From NCBI GenBank assembly GCA_964016885.1, contig OZ024759.1, positions 19,530,001 through 19,594,000 of the forward strand: 64,000 nucleotides of DNA, in the 5' to 3' direction. This document shows positions 43,225-57,300 of the stretch, one piece after another. A program made the translations under genes and the position numbers. This DNA comes from Eledone cirrhosa. Taxonomy: Eukaryota. Below the pieces are notes generated by a model. The model ran no database searches. It had not been told where the DNA came from and worked only from the letters and a program-made list of their open reading frames with translations. Each line of letters opens with the position of its first letter. Position 1 is the first letter of the stretch.

Positions 43225-43908
43225 CCAGAATGGCGCAAGTATGGTCAGCTTGCAACAAGATGGATGAGTTTGGCGCTCAAATCTTTCCAACCACACCAAA
43301 ATAAGTTTCTTCCAAGTAACAATTCAACCAATCTTGCTATATGGAGGTGAAACATGGACGCTTACACTCGCCTGCTTCAACGCATTCAGAACATAAGCTG
43401 GCGACACCTGAATTTGAGAGAGATATATGCCCACGCATATCTGTTGTACGTTAAAGGAGAGTAAGATTTGCTGGCCACTGCCATCGTGCCACCTATGAGG
43501 CTGTGTCCCCGTTAGAGCTTTGGCAACCACAAGCAGTCACTAATAGCAGGGGGCGCAAGCTCTGCTATCCCGATTTGCTGGCCACTGCCATCGTGCCACT
43601 TCTGAGGCTGTCCCCCCATTAGTGTTTTGGTAAACCACAAGCAGTCACTAATAGCAGGGGGCGCAAGCTCTCCTATCCTGATTTGCTGGCCACTGCCATC
43701 GTGCCACCTCTGAGGCTGTGTCCTCATTAGAGCTTTGGCAACCACAAGCAGTCACTAATAGCAGGGGGCACAAGCTCTCCTATCCCGATGTCATCTCCAG
43801 AGATTCTGCTATTGAAATCCAGGATTTGGCAACAGCAATGAACGACAGACCCACTTGGAGATCAATTGTTGAGTCTATTTCAGCTGAGGCCACAGGATGA
43901 TGATGATA
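43225..43908 (+). mobile_element. RTE-group LINE 3' fragment with an internal 107-108-bp triplication (43465-43790)
   Basis: QPILLYGGETWTL, RFAGHCHRA (three times), DLATAMNDRPTWRSIV, and a GATGATGAT tail. Confidence 0.8.
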
Positions 43909-44639
43909 TATGGCATACCAATCCTGAACTCCAAAAATTAAATACTTTCAACACTATTGACAGCACTGGTCCACTAGTTTTATATAAGAACCGTCTGTTA
44001 AGCTACTATCTTAGTAATGTAATAATCAAAATTTTAGTAAATTCTTCATTTATTAATTGAAATTAAAAGTATGTCATGAGAAATACGGCCACGGAAGTGT
44101 GTGTGTGATGCATTTTTGGCAGCTTAGTGGACTAGAGCAATGTGTAATACGTGGGTAGGCTGACCAAGATACTCTCATGGAATGACCAAATGAGGTTTAT
44201 TTTTCTACATAGTCCCTGGAAAGAAACAATGCAGTTATTAATAAGAAGAGTTGAAATTAATGCATGCAAGATTTCACAGCTCTTGCATAATCACTCCTTC
44301 AAAGTCAGCCTATGACCAAGATACTCTCATGGTATGATCAAATGAGATTTATTTTTCAACATAGTCCCTGGAAAGAAATAACGCAGTTATTAAGAAGAGT
44401 TGAAATTAATGCATGCAAGCAAGATTTCCATAGCTCTAGCATCACTCCTTCATTGTCAGCCATTGAACTTTTCAGCTGACCCTTGTAAAATATCTTTGTC
44501 GAAGCACCATGGCGAGTGAAGGGATATTGTGTTGGAAAAGACCCATCCACCTCGTGCAAGCACAGAAAAGTCAATGATGATAATATATAGTGCTGAGCAC
44601 TTCTTTTTCTTCTTCTCATCGCCCTACTTATTACTGGGA

Positions 44640-45395
44640 GGGCTATGAGGGCAGAGTCCTTAAACACTCCTTCCAGCAGCTTGTGTCAGAAACAAGTGAT
44701 TCGGTTGCTTCCCCAAACAAGACCAGCCAAGATCATGGATGTTATCCAATCATCTTGCTGAGGGTCTCTTGCCAGTTGATTTTTACCTGTAAATTCTGTC
44801 CAGCTATTCTTTTTTGAGACATTCTAACCACATGCCCATAGTGTCTGAGCCGTGATCTCTCAATTTGGAGAAGTAGTGGAGTATCTCTCTGATCTCCGAA
44901 CTACGCACTCTATCGAGTAATATTACTCCAAATACCCTTCGAAGGAACCTTATTTCATTCGCTTGTATTTCACTTAAGAACCTATCAACAGATTGGTAGT
45001 AACTGGTAAAGGATTGGACATTATGCTTTGCAGCATAGTTACAACAGTTTATGTTCTGAGTTCATATCTCGCCGAGGTTAGCTTTGCTTTTCATCCTTAC
45101 GGGGGTCGATAAATAAAGTACCAGTAATGCACTGGGGTTGATGTAATCGACTCACCCCCTTAAAATTGCTGGCCTTGTGCCTAAATCAGAAACCATTATT
45201 ATATTTAGCTGGTGGTGGATTGGCTGTATCGGTAGAACGTCGGACACCATGCTGTGCAGCATAAAGTTATGACCCTTTACGTTCTGAGTTTGAAATCCCG
45301 CCTGAGGTTAACTTTGCCTTTCATTCTTACGGGGGTCGATAAAATAAAGTACCAGTAATGCACTGGGGTAATTGCTGGCCTTGTGCCAAAAGTAG
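44640..45395. mobile_element. RTE fragment (-, 44640-44975) followed by two family B SINEs (+)
   Basis: Homology to 8739-8900 and to the other family B SINE copies. Confidence 0.75.
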
Positions 45396-45769
45396 CTGGA
45401 TGTGAGACAAGTCAAAGCTGGGCTCGCTGCTGGCAAATGATTTTAGCATGTAACACCTTTTTGCATGTTAGCTACTAATTACCAAAACTGGGTGTATTTT
45501 CAGGTGTTACTTCAATTTACCAACTAACAGCTGTTACCCCACCCAGCTACATTTTACCTTTTCATTTGCTAGGTGTAATTTGCAGTATCAATTAGACGAA
45601 GCTTTGGAATCTCTCACAAATCATACTCTGCCTTTTTTAACCCATTCGTGACTATATTTCTAATGAAATGAGATTTTATCATCATCATCTTTATGTTGAC
45701 TGTTTCATGGGATAGAATTATTCTAATTAAAAACTACGTGTACACACATTTGTGTGAGTATATGTATTT

Positions 45770-46580
45770 GCATATGGAAAAAGTTCAGAGAGCTAATACC
45801 GCTGTTGGCCACCAGGGTTTTTTTTCTAAAAATGTAAGGCAGATTGTATGATGCATGTATACGAACGGCGATATTATATGGTAGTGAGTCTTGGGCATTG
45901 TGTGCTGAAGACCTGCGTAAATTAGAAAGAAATGAAGCTTGCATGCTCCGATGGATGTGTAATAGTAATATGCGTGAAAGGCGAAGCATAAATGAACTAA
46001 GAGGGAGACTAAGCATAATAGGTATCAAATGTTGTGTTCTGGAGAGGAGATTGCATTGGTATGGACATGTGATGCGTATGAAGGATGACAGCTGTATAAA
46101 AGAGTACAGGGCAATGAAAATTGATGGAAGATGCGGAGTGGGTAGACCAAGAAAAACCTGGGACGAGGTGATAAAAACTGCCCTTGCCCACCTACATCTC
46201 TCTAAGACAATGACACTGTATCGAGACCTTTGGTGCCATACAGTTGTACAGAAGACCCGACTACCATTGCATACAAACCTACAGTCAGTAGGCACCTCTT
46301 AACTCAATGTACACCCTACCCCATCATCCCTCTCCCGTTCCGTCCACTGTCGATGACACAACAGTCCACACTGTAAGGTGGCCGTGTAGGAGACACGGTG
46401 AAAAAGCTCCCACTTCACACTGTAAATGTGGTTGGTGTTAGGAAGGGCATCCAGTTCTAAAAAGAAAAAAAAAAAACCTTCCGTGCGAGCGAGACATGTT
46501 CTCTTGACCATTCCCGCATCAAATGGAACAAAACCATCTAACCCATGCTAGCGTGGAAGATGGACGTTAAACGACGATGG
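45770..46580 (+). mobile_element. RTE LINE 3' part with UTR
   Basis: ORF 45844-46302: LYGSESWALC, ERRLHWYGHVMRMKD, GRPRKTWDEVIK. The 3' end reads GGACGTTAAACGACGATG. Confidence 0.88.
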
Positions 46581-46646
46581 TGGTGGTGGTGGTAGTGGCA
46601 GCGGCAGCGTATGGATGTAGGCGGTAAATTGGCAGAGTCGTTAAGA

Positions 46647-47520
46647 TCATCATCATCATCATTTTACGTCCGCTCTTTCCCGCTTGCAAGGGTGGGACGG
46701 GTCTTATTCAAAGCAGCATCTCTCCACTTGTCACGGTCCTTCGTCATCTCCACCGTGACCTTCAACGATCTGAGGTCTGTTCTCACCACCTCCGCCCATG
46801 TTTTTCGTGGTCTACCTCTACCACGTCTTCCTTCAACTGGCATTTCCTGGCACTTCTTCACCCATCGGTCATCCTCCATGCGCATCACATGTCCATACCA
46901 CCGCAGTCTCCTCTCTCGCACACTACATTCTATCCCTCTCAGACACAGTTTCTCTCTCAACACATCCATGCTTGGTCGTTCACGCACATTGACACTGCAC
47001 ATCCAATGGAGCATGCTTGCCTCATTTCTCTCCAGCCGTCTCATATCCTCTGTAGTTACTGCCCATGTCTCACTACCATGCAGCATCGCGCTCCTCACAC
47101 AGGCATCATATAACTGGCCCTTCGTACGCAGGGAGAAACCCTTCTTCGTCAGCAGAGGAAGCAGCTCCCTAAACTTCTTCCAACCTGTCATTATTCTAGA
47201 TACTATGGCCTCGGAACACCCCCTCCCATGCTAATCTGATCTCCTAGGTACAGGAAGCTATCCACCATTTCTATAGCACCCGCCTGCATTTGAAAAATGT
47301 GTCTATCAATGCGACTTCTACTGTCTAATTTCCCTGTACATCAACTGCATACGTATTTCTCCCTACCTGTCAGTTTGCCTGCTATCCCGCTACATCTCTT
47401 GTGTACCCAGGATCTGCATTGTGTGCATTTTATAGACATTATGCCAGTTCCTTTTCTGCATATCGAACATGGTCATTTCCCTGACGGAATCAGAGTTTTG
47501 TCCTCTTTTCTACTTTTCTA
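46647..47520 (-). mobile_element. RTE LINE 3' part with (GAT)n tail
   Basis: ORF 46664-47191: GWKKFRELLPLL, MLHGSETWAV, RLRWYGHVMRM, GRPRKTW. An upstream WPCSICRKG Cys-rich segment is also present. Confidence 0.92.
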
Positions 47521-48011
47521 AGATGTCAGAGAGAAATCCCGCCGTGGTCAACTTTGCCTTTCATCCCTTCGAGGTTGATAAAAAAAGTACCAGTCCAGTA
47601 CTGGGGTTGATTCTTCCTCTTTAGAAAAATCAGCTGTGTTCAGACCTGAAGAGGGTTGGCCACCGCCATATGACGGTGCCTCTACAGGGAGTTATGAGAT
47701 CTTCATCCTTTATCCTTATATACAAAAGGACGACTATGTGAAAAGTGTGATGCTGCAGAGGACATGTGTAGACTGTAGAGAAGTGGAGCAACCATGCTCC
47801 GTTGGATGTGCAATGTAAGTGTGAGAGAGGGGCATAGCTTGGACGGTTTGATGGAAAAGCTGGGTTTAAGAGGGTCCATGGATTGATGACCACCAATCAA
47901 TCCATGCATGACAGTCTCTCATCACCACATTCATGTTGTCAAAGAGAAGAGATAAAGTCTGATACACCTTTGTACCAGTATCATTGTTGTTTATACATAC
48001 TCTGTGTGTGT

Positions 48012-48805
48012 CATCATCATCATCATCATCACCGTTTTACGTCAATTCTTCCACACTAGCATGGGTTAGACGGGTTGTCCTCTTGTGGGCAATGCCAGGT
48101 CGGGTGACCTTGTCTTGCTCATACGGGAACTGATTTTGGCTTGATTTCTACAGCTGGGTGCTTTTTTACCATGGCGCCTACAGTGTGAGGGAGTGGGGGC
48201 ATATTGTCCATATGCTTCAGCTTTGGCTTTTACCCATGGGAACTCGGGTCTTCTGTATTACTGTGTGATGCCAGAGGTCGCGGTCCTGTGTCGTCGCCTT
48301 TGCGAGGTGCAATTGGGCCAGGTCTTCTTGGGTCTCCCCACTCCAAGGCTTCTATCGACTTTTAGTGCTCTACACCTTTTTATGCAGCTGTCATCCTTCA
48401 TACGCATCACATGTCCATACCAACGCATCCTCCTCTCCTGCACACAGCATTTGATTCCTCTTATGTATGGAGGCACATGGCTTAGTGGTTAGAGCATTGG
48501 CCTTGCAATCGAAAGGTTGCGAGTTCAATTCTCAGACCGGGTGATGTGTTGTTTCCTTGAGCAAGACACTTTATTTCACATTGCTCCAGTTTACTCAGCT
48601 GTAGAAATGAGATGATAGGGACTGGGGTCCCTATCATTCCACTGCAAAGTGGTCGTGGAGGTGCCACGGCAAAAAAAGCACCCAGCACTCACTGTAAATG
48701 AGGTTGGTGATAGGAAGGGCATCCAGCTGTAGAAATCAAGCCAGAATCGGTTCCCGTCCCACCCTTGCAAGCAGGGAAAAAATGGACGTAAAATGAAATG
48801 ATGAA
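48012..48805. mobile_element. RTE 3' fragment (-) with a family A SINE (+, 48469-48805) inserted
   Basis: ERRMRWYGHVMRMKD on the minus strand. The SINE head GGAGGCACATGG starts at 48469, and RTE sequence resumes at about 48815. Confidence 0.82.
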
Positions 48806-49084
48806 TGATATGTGCAGTCTCTCTCTCAATTCGTTTATGCTTTGCCGTTCGCATTCGTCATTTTAAAGTTTGCTTTCCCTGCTAGCAAGAGTTGGACGGG
48901 TCCATGCAGACTAAGTCAGTACTAAAGCAGAACCACTCATCTTCCAAGCAGGCCAGGGATATGTGCCTCGCTTATGTATGGCCTCATGTTTCACTGAGGA
49001 CTAAGGAGAGGTTTTCATGTCTTTGACTCTACTGAAGGTCCTCTCAACCCTTTATATGGGAATATATGCTTTTATATTTAATTT

Positions 49085-49420
49085 CATTTGTACCGTTTCC
49101 TCTCACCCCCTTTTGTCTATGTCTCTCCACCACTCCCCTACACACCCTTGGAACTCTCTTCCCACACACTTTTCGCCTGAAGAAGGGCTTATGCCCGAAA
49201 CGTCGTTCCCCACCACCACCCCACTCTCAAGAGCGTGAAACTAATAAACCCTTGTTCGTACTGCCTCTCTGTTTTGTTCCCGTTCAATTTTTTACTATAT
49301 ATATTCGTTTTTTTTACTAGACTACCTTTTATTGTCTGTGTCTATCTATACTTTGTGATCCTGTCTCTATTTTTGTACTCCTGAAGAAAGGCCAGAGCCC
49401 GACACGTCAGACTTTTCAAT
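49085..49420 (+). mobile_element. Penelope-like repeat fragments with two hammerhead-like cores (49177-49204 and 49381-49408)
   Basis: CTGAAGAAGGGCTTATGCCCGAAACGTC and CTGAAGAAAGGCCAGAGCCCGACACGTC. Confidence 0.5.
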
Positions 49421-49607
49421 ATAAAATGTAAAAGTAAGACATTTTGTACCTGTTTTGTCTTTTTCTTGAATTATATATATTTATGTACGTCGTCATCATT
49501 TAACAGCCATTTTCCCTGTCTGCATGGGTTGGATGGGTTGTCATGTTATGAGACGGATCAGGTGCAGAGACCACGTCTTGTTCGTGTGGATCTGTATATA
49601 TACAATT

Positions 49608-49885
49608 ATCATCATCATTTTGTCCGTTTTTCCCTGCTTGCAAGGCTGGGACAGGCCCTCTTCAGCTCAGCATCTCATTTCTCACGGTCCGTCGTCATCT
49701 CCTGTGAGCTGCAACGATCTGATGTCAGCTCTCACCCCCATGTTTTCTGTGGTCTTCCTCTACTGCATTTTCCTTCCACCGGGATTACTTGTCACTTCTT
49801 CACCCAGCGGTCATCGTCCATGTGCATCACATGGCCATACCAACACAGTCTTCTCTCCTGCACACTACAGTCTATTCCTCTTATA
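49608..49885 (-). mobile_element. RTE LINE 3' fragment
   Basis: CATCACATGGCCATACCAACACAGTCTTCTCTCCTG reads QERRLCWYGHVM on the minus strand; a (CAT)n tail is present. Confidence 0.75.
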
Positions 49886-50757
49886 TACAGTTATATACAA
49901 TATATATTCACACTACAGTCTATTGCTCCTATATACACAGTTATATACACTATATATTTACACTACAGTCTATTCCTCCTATATACACAGTTATATACAA
50001 TATATATTCACACTACAGTCTATTGCTCCTATATACACAGTTATATACACTATATATTTACACTACAGTCTATTCCTCCTATATACACAGTTATATACAA
50101 TATATATTCACACTACAGTATATTCCTCCTATATACACAGTTATATACACTATATATTTACACTACAGTCTATTCCTCCTATATACACAGTTATATACAA
50201 TATATATTCACACTACAGTCTATTGCTCCTATATACACAGTTATATACAATATATATTCACACTACAGTCTATTCCTCCTATATACACAGTTATATACAC
50301 TATATATTTACACTACAGTCTATTCCTCCTATATACACAGTTATATACAATATATATTCACACTACAGTCTATTGCTTCTATATACACAGTTATATACAA
50401 TATATATTCACACTACAGTCTATTGCTCCTATATACACAGTTATATACAATATATATTCACACTACAGTATATTCCTCCTATATACACAGTTATATACAA
50501 TATATATTCACACTACAGTATATTCCTCCTATATACACAGTTATATACAATATATATTCACACTACAGTATATTCCTCCTATATACACAGTTATATACAA
50601 TATATATTCACACTACAGTATATTCCTCCTATATACACAGTTATATACAATATATATTCACACTACAGTATATTCCTCCTATATACACAGTTATATACAA
50701 TATATATTCACACTACAGTCTATTGCTCCTATATACACAGTTATATACAATATATAT
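49862..50757. repeat. 50-bp minisatellite, about 18 copies, seeded at the RTE truncation point
   Basis: Unit CACTACAGTCTATTCCTCCTATATACACAGTTATATACAATATATATTCA. Confidence 0.95.
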
Positions 50758-51136
50758 GAAACAAAGAAATACAAAAGTACAAAATTTTATTTCATTCAAT
50801 CTTAGAAATGACGATAAAAAGTGTATTGGACGTAAGTCCACCAGGAAAAAGCAACACGGAGAGAGGAGAGTGGAATAAAAACAACAACAAACAAATGAAA
50901 CAAACAAATGAAAAATTGAGTGCGAGTGGCATGGGGGGGGGGGGGGGGTTGATGGAGAGTCCAGATGTATCATTACAAGGGGTGACAGAGGAAAGGATGG
51001 AGTGTCTGGGATGGATAAGGTGGAGTTCATTTTGAGGGTATGGGGTGTTGTGTGTGTGAGATCTTGTTTAAGTATCTATGGTCGTGTGTGTGTGCTGGGA
51101 AATGTAGTCAGATTGGGCTGGGGGGAGGGTATCCTC

Positions 51137-52816
51137 TCCGAGTGAAGTCTAGCCCTGCCTTGAGCCTGGGGCTCAAGATCATGGGTTCAACTGCACAGAT
51201 GGTAGAGAAAGGGAGTGTTTGATATCAGTGGAGTGGGATGTAGTGAAGTCAGGGTTGGAGTAAGGTAAGAGTTAGTGGGTTTAAAGGATGAGGAGGAGGA
51301 GGAGGGGTCATGAGAGTAAGGAGTTGAGCTGCTCCAGGGTGAGAAAGGAGTTGGTATGCTCCAGGGTGAGAAAGGTGTTGAGCTGCTCCAGGGTGAGAAA
51401 GGAGTTGATCTGCTACCAGATGAGAAAGGGGTTTAGCTGCTACCAGGTTGAGAAAGGGGTTGAGCTGCTACCAGGTTGAGAAGGGGGTTGAGAAAGGGGT
51501 TTAGCTGCTACCAGGTTGAGAAAGGTGTTGAGCTGCTACTAAGTTGAGAAAGGGGTTGAGCTGCTACCAGGTTGAGAAAGGGGTTGAGAAAGGGGTTGGC
51601 CTGCTCCTGGGTCAGAAAGGTGATGCCAATACAGTCGTTAACGGTTGTATAGCTTGGCGATGGAGCCAGTGGAGTGGGCAAAAATTTGGATCACAAAGAT
51701 TTGGGTCACAACATAAACAACAAATAGGTTGTCATTGTTGCGGCCCAATCTTGTGGCCATCCCGGAAAATCACCCAAGAAAGAGAAAAAACAGTTTAGGG
51801 TGAGGATCATCTCGGCAAGGTAAATGAAGGTGAAAGTAGTGGGGTGGGATATTGATAAACAAAAATATCTTGCTCGTCCTCGAGTTCCTTTCTCTTCTCC
51901 ATCTGTCTCTCTCCTTCTCTGAGGTTGATTTAGCTGGTGTCAGGCCTGGGGACCGTTATTAAGGGTTACAGAATTTGTTTGTAGTATTCCCTTCAAATTC
52001 GTTTCGTTCAAATTCTGCTGAGGTCAACTTTCACTTTCATCCTTTTGGGATAATAAAATATCTGTCCAATACAGGAGTCACTTTTTCATCTGTCCATTTT
52101 TCTCCCTCTCCTTTTCCAGGGTTAAATCAGTTATTGTCAATACCTGGAGAGGTTTGTGATGGCATCAGAATCTGTTTGTAGCATTCCGTTCAAATCCATT
52201 TTGTTCAAATTCTGCCAAGGTCGACTTTTGTCTTCACATTTATTTTTGTGGGATTGATAAATAATACCAATCCAGTACTGGTGTTCTTTTTCAACCATCT
52301 CTATTGTTTTCTCTGTTGCTTCTCCTCCATGGTTAAATTGGCTGTTGTCAGACATGGAGAGGGTTGGGCTGTCAGGTTTTAAATGCCCAAGTTGCAACGT
52401 TTGTTATGACAGTGTACATAACGACTCCAACAAAAGCGCTGGCCTCATTTCAACATCTTTACAGATGCGATTGTTTTGTAAAAAGAAATTAAAACATATT
52501 TGTAAAAACAATTAAAACATAGATTACATACTGAACTCAGAACATTTCTCCCACTCTGGCGTTTCGTGTGAGATTTAGCACCTTTCACTTTAATATTGAT
52601 GTAATGTAGCTTCAGTCGGCACAGATCTTTAAAACATGAAGCTGTAGGTGTGGCATTACATCACAGTTACTCATTGGTGTCTCAGGGTAACCTCTTGTTG
52701 AGTACCCTAACCTTAGTAGACATTGTGGTTCTTTGTGCAGTTAAATTTTTCAATTTTTCAACACATGACCATTATGATGTCATAAGCTAAAAATTCAAAA
52801 CTGGCTTATGTGTGTG

Positions 52817-52830
<14 letters not shown>
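51137..52830 (+). repeat. Left arm of a large inverted duplication
   Basis: Reverse complement of about 58620-61480 and 57350-57465. ORFs 51975-52181 (+) and 59160-59366 (-) differ by one residue. Confidence 0.93.
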
Positions 52831-52861
<31 letters not shown>

Positions 52862-53041
52862 ATGTATATATATATATATATATGTGTGTGTGTATATATA
52901 TGTGTGTATATATATATGTGTATGTTTTTACAAAACAATCGCATCTATATGTGTATATATATATGCGTGTGTGTGTGTGTATATATATATATGCGTGTGT
53001 GTGTGTATATATATATGTGTGTGTGTGTGTATATGTATATG

Positions 53042-53210
53042 TGAAGGCGCATGGCTTAGTGGTTAGAGCATTGGGCTTGCAATCAAAAGGTTGAGAGTTC
53101 AATTCTTGGACTGGGTGATGTGTTGTTTCCTTGAGCAAGACCATTTATTTCACGTTGCTCCAGTTTACTCACCTGTAGAAATGAGATGATAGGACTGGGG
53201 TCCCTATTAT
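53042..53210 (+). mobile_element. SINE family A, 5' part
   Basis: GAAGGCGCATGGCTTAGTGGTTAGAGC head. Confidence 0.8.
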
Positions 53211-53339
53211 TAAATTACCCAAGACACCTCGAACAAGATATACCTTGGAGGAGGCCAGCTAAACCTGCATAGGTGTGAGCTGTCACGCACGCACGCACGC
53301 ACGTGTGTGTGTATAAATATATACATCTGGCTGCCCCTG

Positions 53340-54080
53340 GGGACTTCTATACTTGGTGAAGACTAAAATCCTAATAAGTAGAAAGGAAAACAAGGCCCAG
53401 ATCCCTTCAGGGTAATGGCATTGCCCAGTTTGCAGGAAGAGAGTGGGTAGTAATTCAATCCTATGTCCCAAATACAAATTATGGGTATACAAATGATGTA
53501 GAGGGATCTCAGGTAGGCTAGCAAATAAAGTAGGTTTTATATGTTGCTGATGCTTTGTTTCCCTTTCTACTTACGAGAATGTTAAGCTATGCTTCCTGTG
53601 GGTATTATAGTAGAACTCTGTGGCAGGGGCCAGAAGTACAGGTTGACCACACAAAAATCCCCCTTTTGCTTGATCATTTTTTCACGTCAAAATGCATTTT
53701 TTCGCTGGACAGTTATATCATCATCATCATCATCATCATCGGGTTTAGCGTCCGTGTTCCACGCTTGCATGGGTTTGGACGGGGGTTTTCCCACTTGGGG
53801 CAAGAATGGTTGTCTTGCTCGCATAGTCTGGCGGGTTTTCTACAGCTGGATGCCCTTCCTAACACCAACCACATTTACAGTGTGGGGCTGGGAGGTTTTT
53901 ACCGTGTTGCCTACACGGCCACATTACAGCGTGGACTGTCTGGCGGGTTTTGTACAGCTGGATGCCCTTCCTAACACCAACCACATTTACAGTGTGGGGC
54001 TGGGAGGTTTTTACCGTGTTGCCTACATGGCCACATTACAGCGTGGACTGTGTGTTTTTTTTGTCATGACACCTACACGA
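53340..54080. mobile_element. RTE fragments: Cys-rich segment (+, 53340-53550) and tail (-, 53717-54080) with an internal duplication of about 112 bp
   Basis: KTKILISRKENK..WHCPVCRKRVG; (CAT)n tail; TGGCGGGTTTT...CAGCGTGGACTG occurs twice. Confidence 0.7.
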
Positions 54081-54142
54081 TCTCATTTGTTTCGGCCTAG
54101 ATGTTGTGGGACCAACATAACTTTACATTGAAAGGGGCGGTA

Positions 54143-54569
54143 TCTATCTATATATTACTAAAACTCTGTGATTGATTGCTTGCTTGTCTGTAATGTAATA
54201 CAGCCAAAAGGGCACATAATGGGAAAATACTTTGAAAGGAAGTTGACCCTGAAATGCGAATACAAATGGAATAAAACAAGTTTCGCGTAAATCGGTGCAC
54301 GGGTTCCTGAGATACAGGGTTTTTCCGGGTACCTTCATAAACAGAGAGATAGTGGTTATGATAGAGGGAGAGAAGACAGAGAAGGAGAATGGAAGAGAGA
54401 GCTGTTGGTGGTGTTGTGTTTATATATATACATACATACACGTATATATATGGGCCTTCCAGTTTCATTTCATATTATATACATGTCTGTGTATACTTTA
54501 ATTATTTAGAAATTATTTTTAAGTGAACATGATTTAAAAAAAATATTTTGAGGTGAACGAGTGGTCTAG
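54143..54569 (+). mobile_element. Probable non-autonomous Helitron
   Basis: A|TCTATCTATATATTACTAAAAC 5' end and GAGTGGTCTAG|T 3' end fit an A-T target with TC...CTAG termini. The subterminal hairpin is not clear. Confidence 0.5.
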
Positions 54570-54928
54570 TATCATTTGATAGTTCTGGATGTAAACTTTC
54601 CTCCAATGTACTTTTGGTCAAAATCCAACACTTACATAGCATGCCAGATCCTCTCTGTCACCATTGTATTTTCACCCATTTACAACTTTTGTCCCATTTT
54701 CGTTTTTTTACTGTTGAATGGTAACGCTAGTTGTAGTTCAATGTGCTGGAGCATAACTCAATTTGTGTTGAAAATGATACAGCCATTGGAGTACTTTTTC
54801 AGGGGAAGGGAAAAGTTGATTAAATCGATGCCAGTACATAACTGGGACTTGTTTTATAAAGGCAAAGTTAACCTCGGCAGGATTTTCAAAAATAATGTAA
54901 ACAATATACAAAAAGATGAGAAAATACA

Positions 54929-56190
54929 TTAACCCTTCAGCTTTTAAACAGGCCGTATCCAGCCAGAATTCTTTTGCCTTTTTCTGTTAAAACTGGCCAT
55001 AACTGCTTGCTTGTGCAAACGTTAAGGTATTGTTCTCGAAATAAATAATATCAAAATCTCGTAGATTCGATATTATGCAAGATAATTCTGTGAGGTAAAG
55101 AATGCTAAAGGGTTAAACCAGCCATATCTGGCCAGAATTATCTCACCTCTTTCTGTTCAAACCGGCTGTAACTGGCCACTCATACTTATGTTAAGGCATT
55201 GTTCTCGAAATAAATAATATCAAAATCTCGTAGATTCGATATTATGCAAGATAATTCTGTGAGGTAAAGAATGCTAAAGGGTTAAACCAGCCATATCTGG
55301 CCAGAATTATCTCACCTCTTTCTGTTCAAACCGGCTGTAACTGGCCACTCATACTTATGTTAAGGCATTGTTCTCGAAATAAATAATATCAAAATCTCGT
55401 AGATTCGATATTATGCAAGATAATTCTGTGAGGTAAAGAATGCTAAAGGGTTAAACCAGCCATATCTGGCCAGAATTATCTCACCTCTTTCTGTTCAAAC
55501 CGGCTGTAACTGGCCACTCATACTTATGTTAAGGTATTGTTCTCGAAATAAATAATATTAATATCTCATAGATTGAATATTATGTGAGGTAAAGGATTTA
55601 CTGTGAAAATACAATAGTATATATAATGTAAATGCTAAAGGGTTAAATCGACTGGATCCGGTCAGAACTATTTCACCTTTTTCTGTTCAAACCGGTCGTA
55701 ACCGGCTGCTCATATTGATATTAAGGTATTGTTCTCAAAATAAATACTATCAAAATCTGGTAGATTCGAAATTATGTGAAATAAAGCATTTACTGTGAAA
55801 ATACAATAGTAAATATAGAGTAATCATCATCATCATCATCATCATTTTACGTCCACTTTTCCCTGCTTGCAAGGGTGGGACGGGAACTGATTCTGGCTTG
55901 ATTTCTACAGCTGGATGCCCTTCCTAACACCAACCTCATTTACAGTGAGTGCTGGGTGCTTTTTCGCCGTGGCACCTCCACGACCACTTTGCAGTGGAAT
56001 GATATGGACCCCAGTCCCTATCATCTCATTTCTACAGCTGAGTAAACTGGAGCAATGTGAAATAAAGTGCCTTGCTCAAGGAAACAACACATCGCCCGGT
56101 CTGAGAATTGAACTCACAACCTTTCGATTGCAAGGCCAATGCTCTAACCACCAAGCCATGTGCCTCCTAATGTAAATGCTAAAGGGTTAA
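54929..56190. mobile_element. Tandem array (169-bp period) of the piggyBac-like MITE, last copy interrupted by a family A SINE (55824-56166, -)
   Basis: AATGCTAAAGGGTTAA at 55101, 55270, 55439, 55631 and 56175. A single left end TTAACCCTTCAGC at 54929. Confidence 0.85.
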
Positions 56191-56644
56191 GAAAATATTG
56201 GTTTCCGATTTAGACACAAAGTCAACTTTTTTTGTCATAAGGGTGTGTACCCAGTGTGCAGTACCGGATTTAGGACAAATGAGGCCTTGTGCTAGTTAAG
56301 TTGTAAGGCCCCAAACATTTTAAAAATTAATCATGAAAAATTTTGGGCGCTGGAAGATGGGATCCGCCTTGGTCAATGGGGTCATCTACTTAAATGCACC
56401 TTAGCACAATGGTAAATTCAGTGCAGTCAATGTATTACTGGTACTTTATTTTATCAATCCCCTAAAGGTGAAAGGTAAAGTTAACCTCAGTGGGATTTGA
56501 ACTCAGATAGTATAGAGACATAACTCTATGCCACAAAGCATGATGTCTGCTATATATATACATACACACACATGCTTACATACATACACACTTATAAATA
56601 TATACACATATATTCTAGTTTTAAATTTTTAGCTTATGACATCA

Positions 56645-56740
56645 TATATATATGTATATATATATGTATTATATATATATATATATATATGTGTATTATA
56701 TATATATATATGTATTATATATATATATATGTATTATATG

Positions 56741-56787
<47 letters not shown>

Positions 56788-57089
56788 GTATTATATATAT
56801 ATATATATATATGTATTATATATATATATATATATATGTATTATATATATATGTATATATGTATATATATATATATATATATGTATTGTATATATATATA
56901 TATGTATTGTATATATATATATATGTATTATATATATATATATATGTATATATGTATATATATATATATATATGTATTGTATATATATATATATGTATTG
57001 TATATATATATATATGTATTGTATATATATATATATGTATTATATATATATATATATGTATATATGTATATATATATATATATGTATTG

Positions 57090-57120
<31 letters not shown>

Positions 57121-57126
57121 GTATTG

Positions 57127-57157
<31 letters not shown>

Positions 57158-57231
57158 GTATTGTATATATATATATGTATATATATATATATGTATTGTA
57201 TATATATATATGTATATATATATATGTATTG

Positions 57232-57287
<56 letters not shown>

Positions 57288-57300
57288 TATATATATACAC
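56645..57300. repeat. (TA)/ATGTATT compound microsatellite
   Basis: Direct inspection. Confidence 0.95.

Noticed and set aside
49466-50878. 470-, 411- and 338-aa overlapping ORFs
   Set aside because: A stop-free 50-bp minisatellite open in all three + frames; the period is not a multiple of 3.
56258-56428. Second hAT-like MITE (CAGTACCGGATTTA ... TAAATTCAGTGCAG)
   Set aside because: The TIRs are degenerate and the TSD is not clean, so it is too weak to call.
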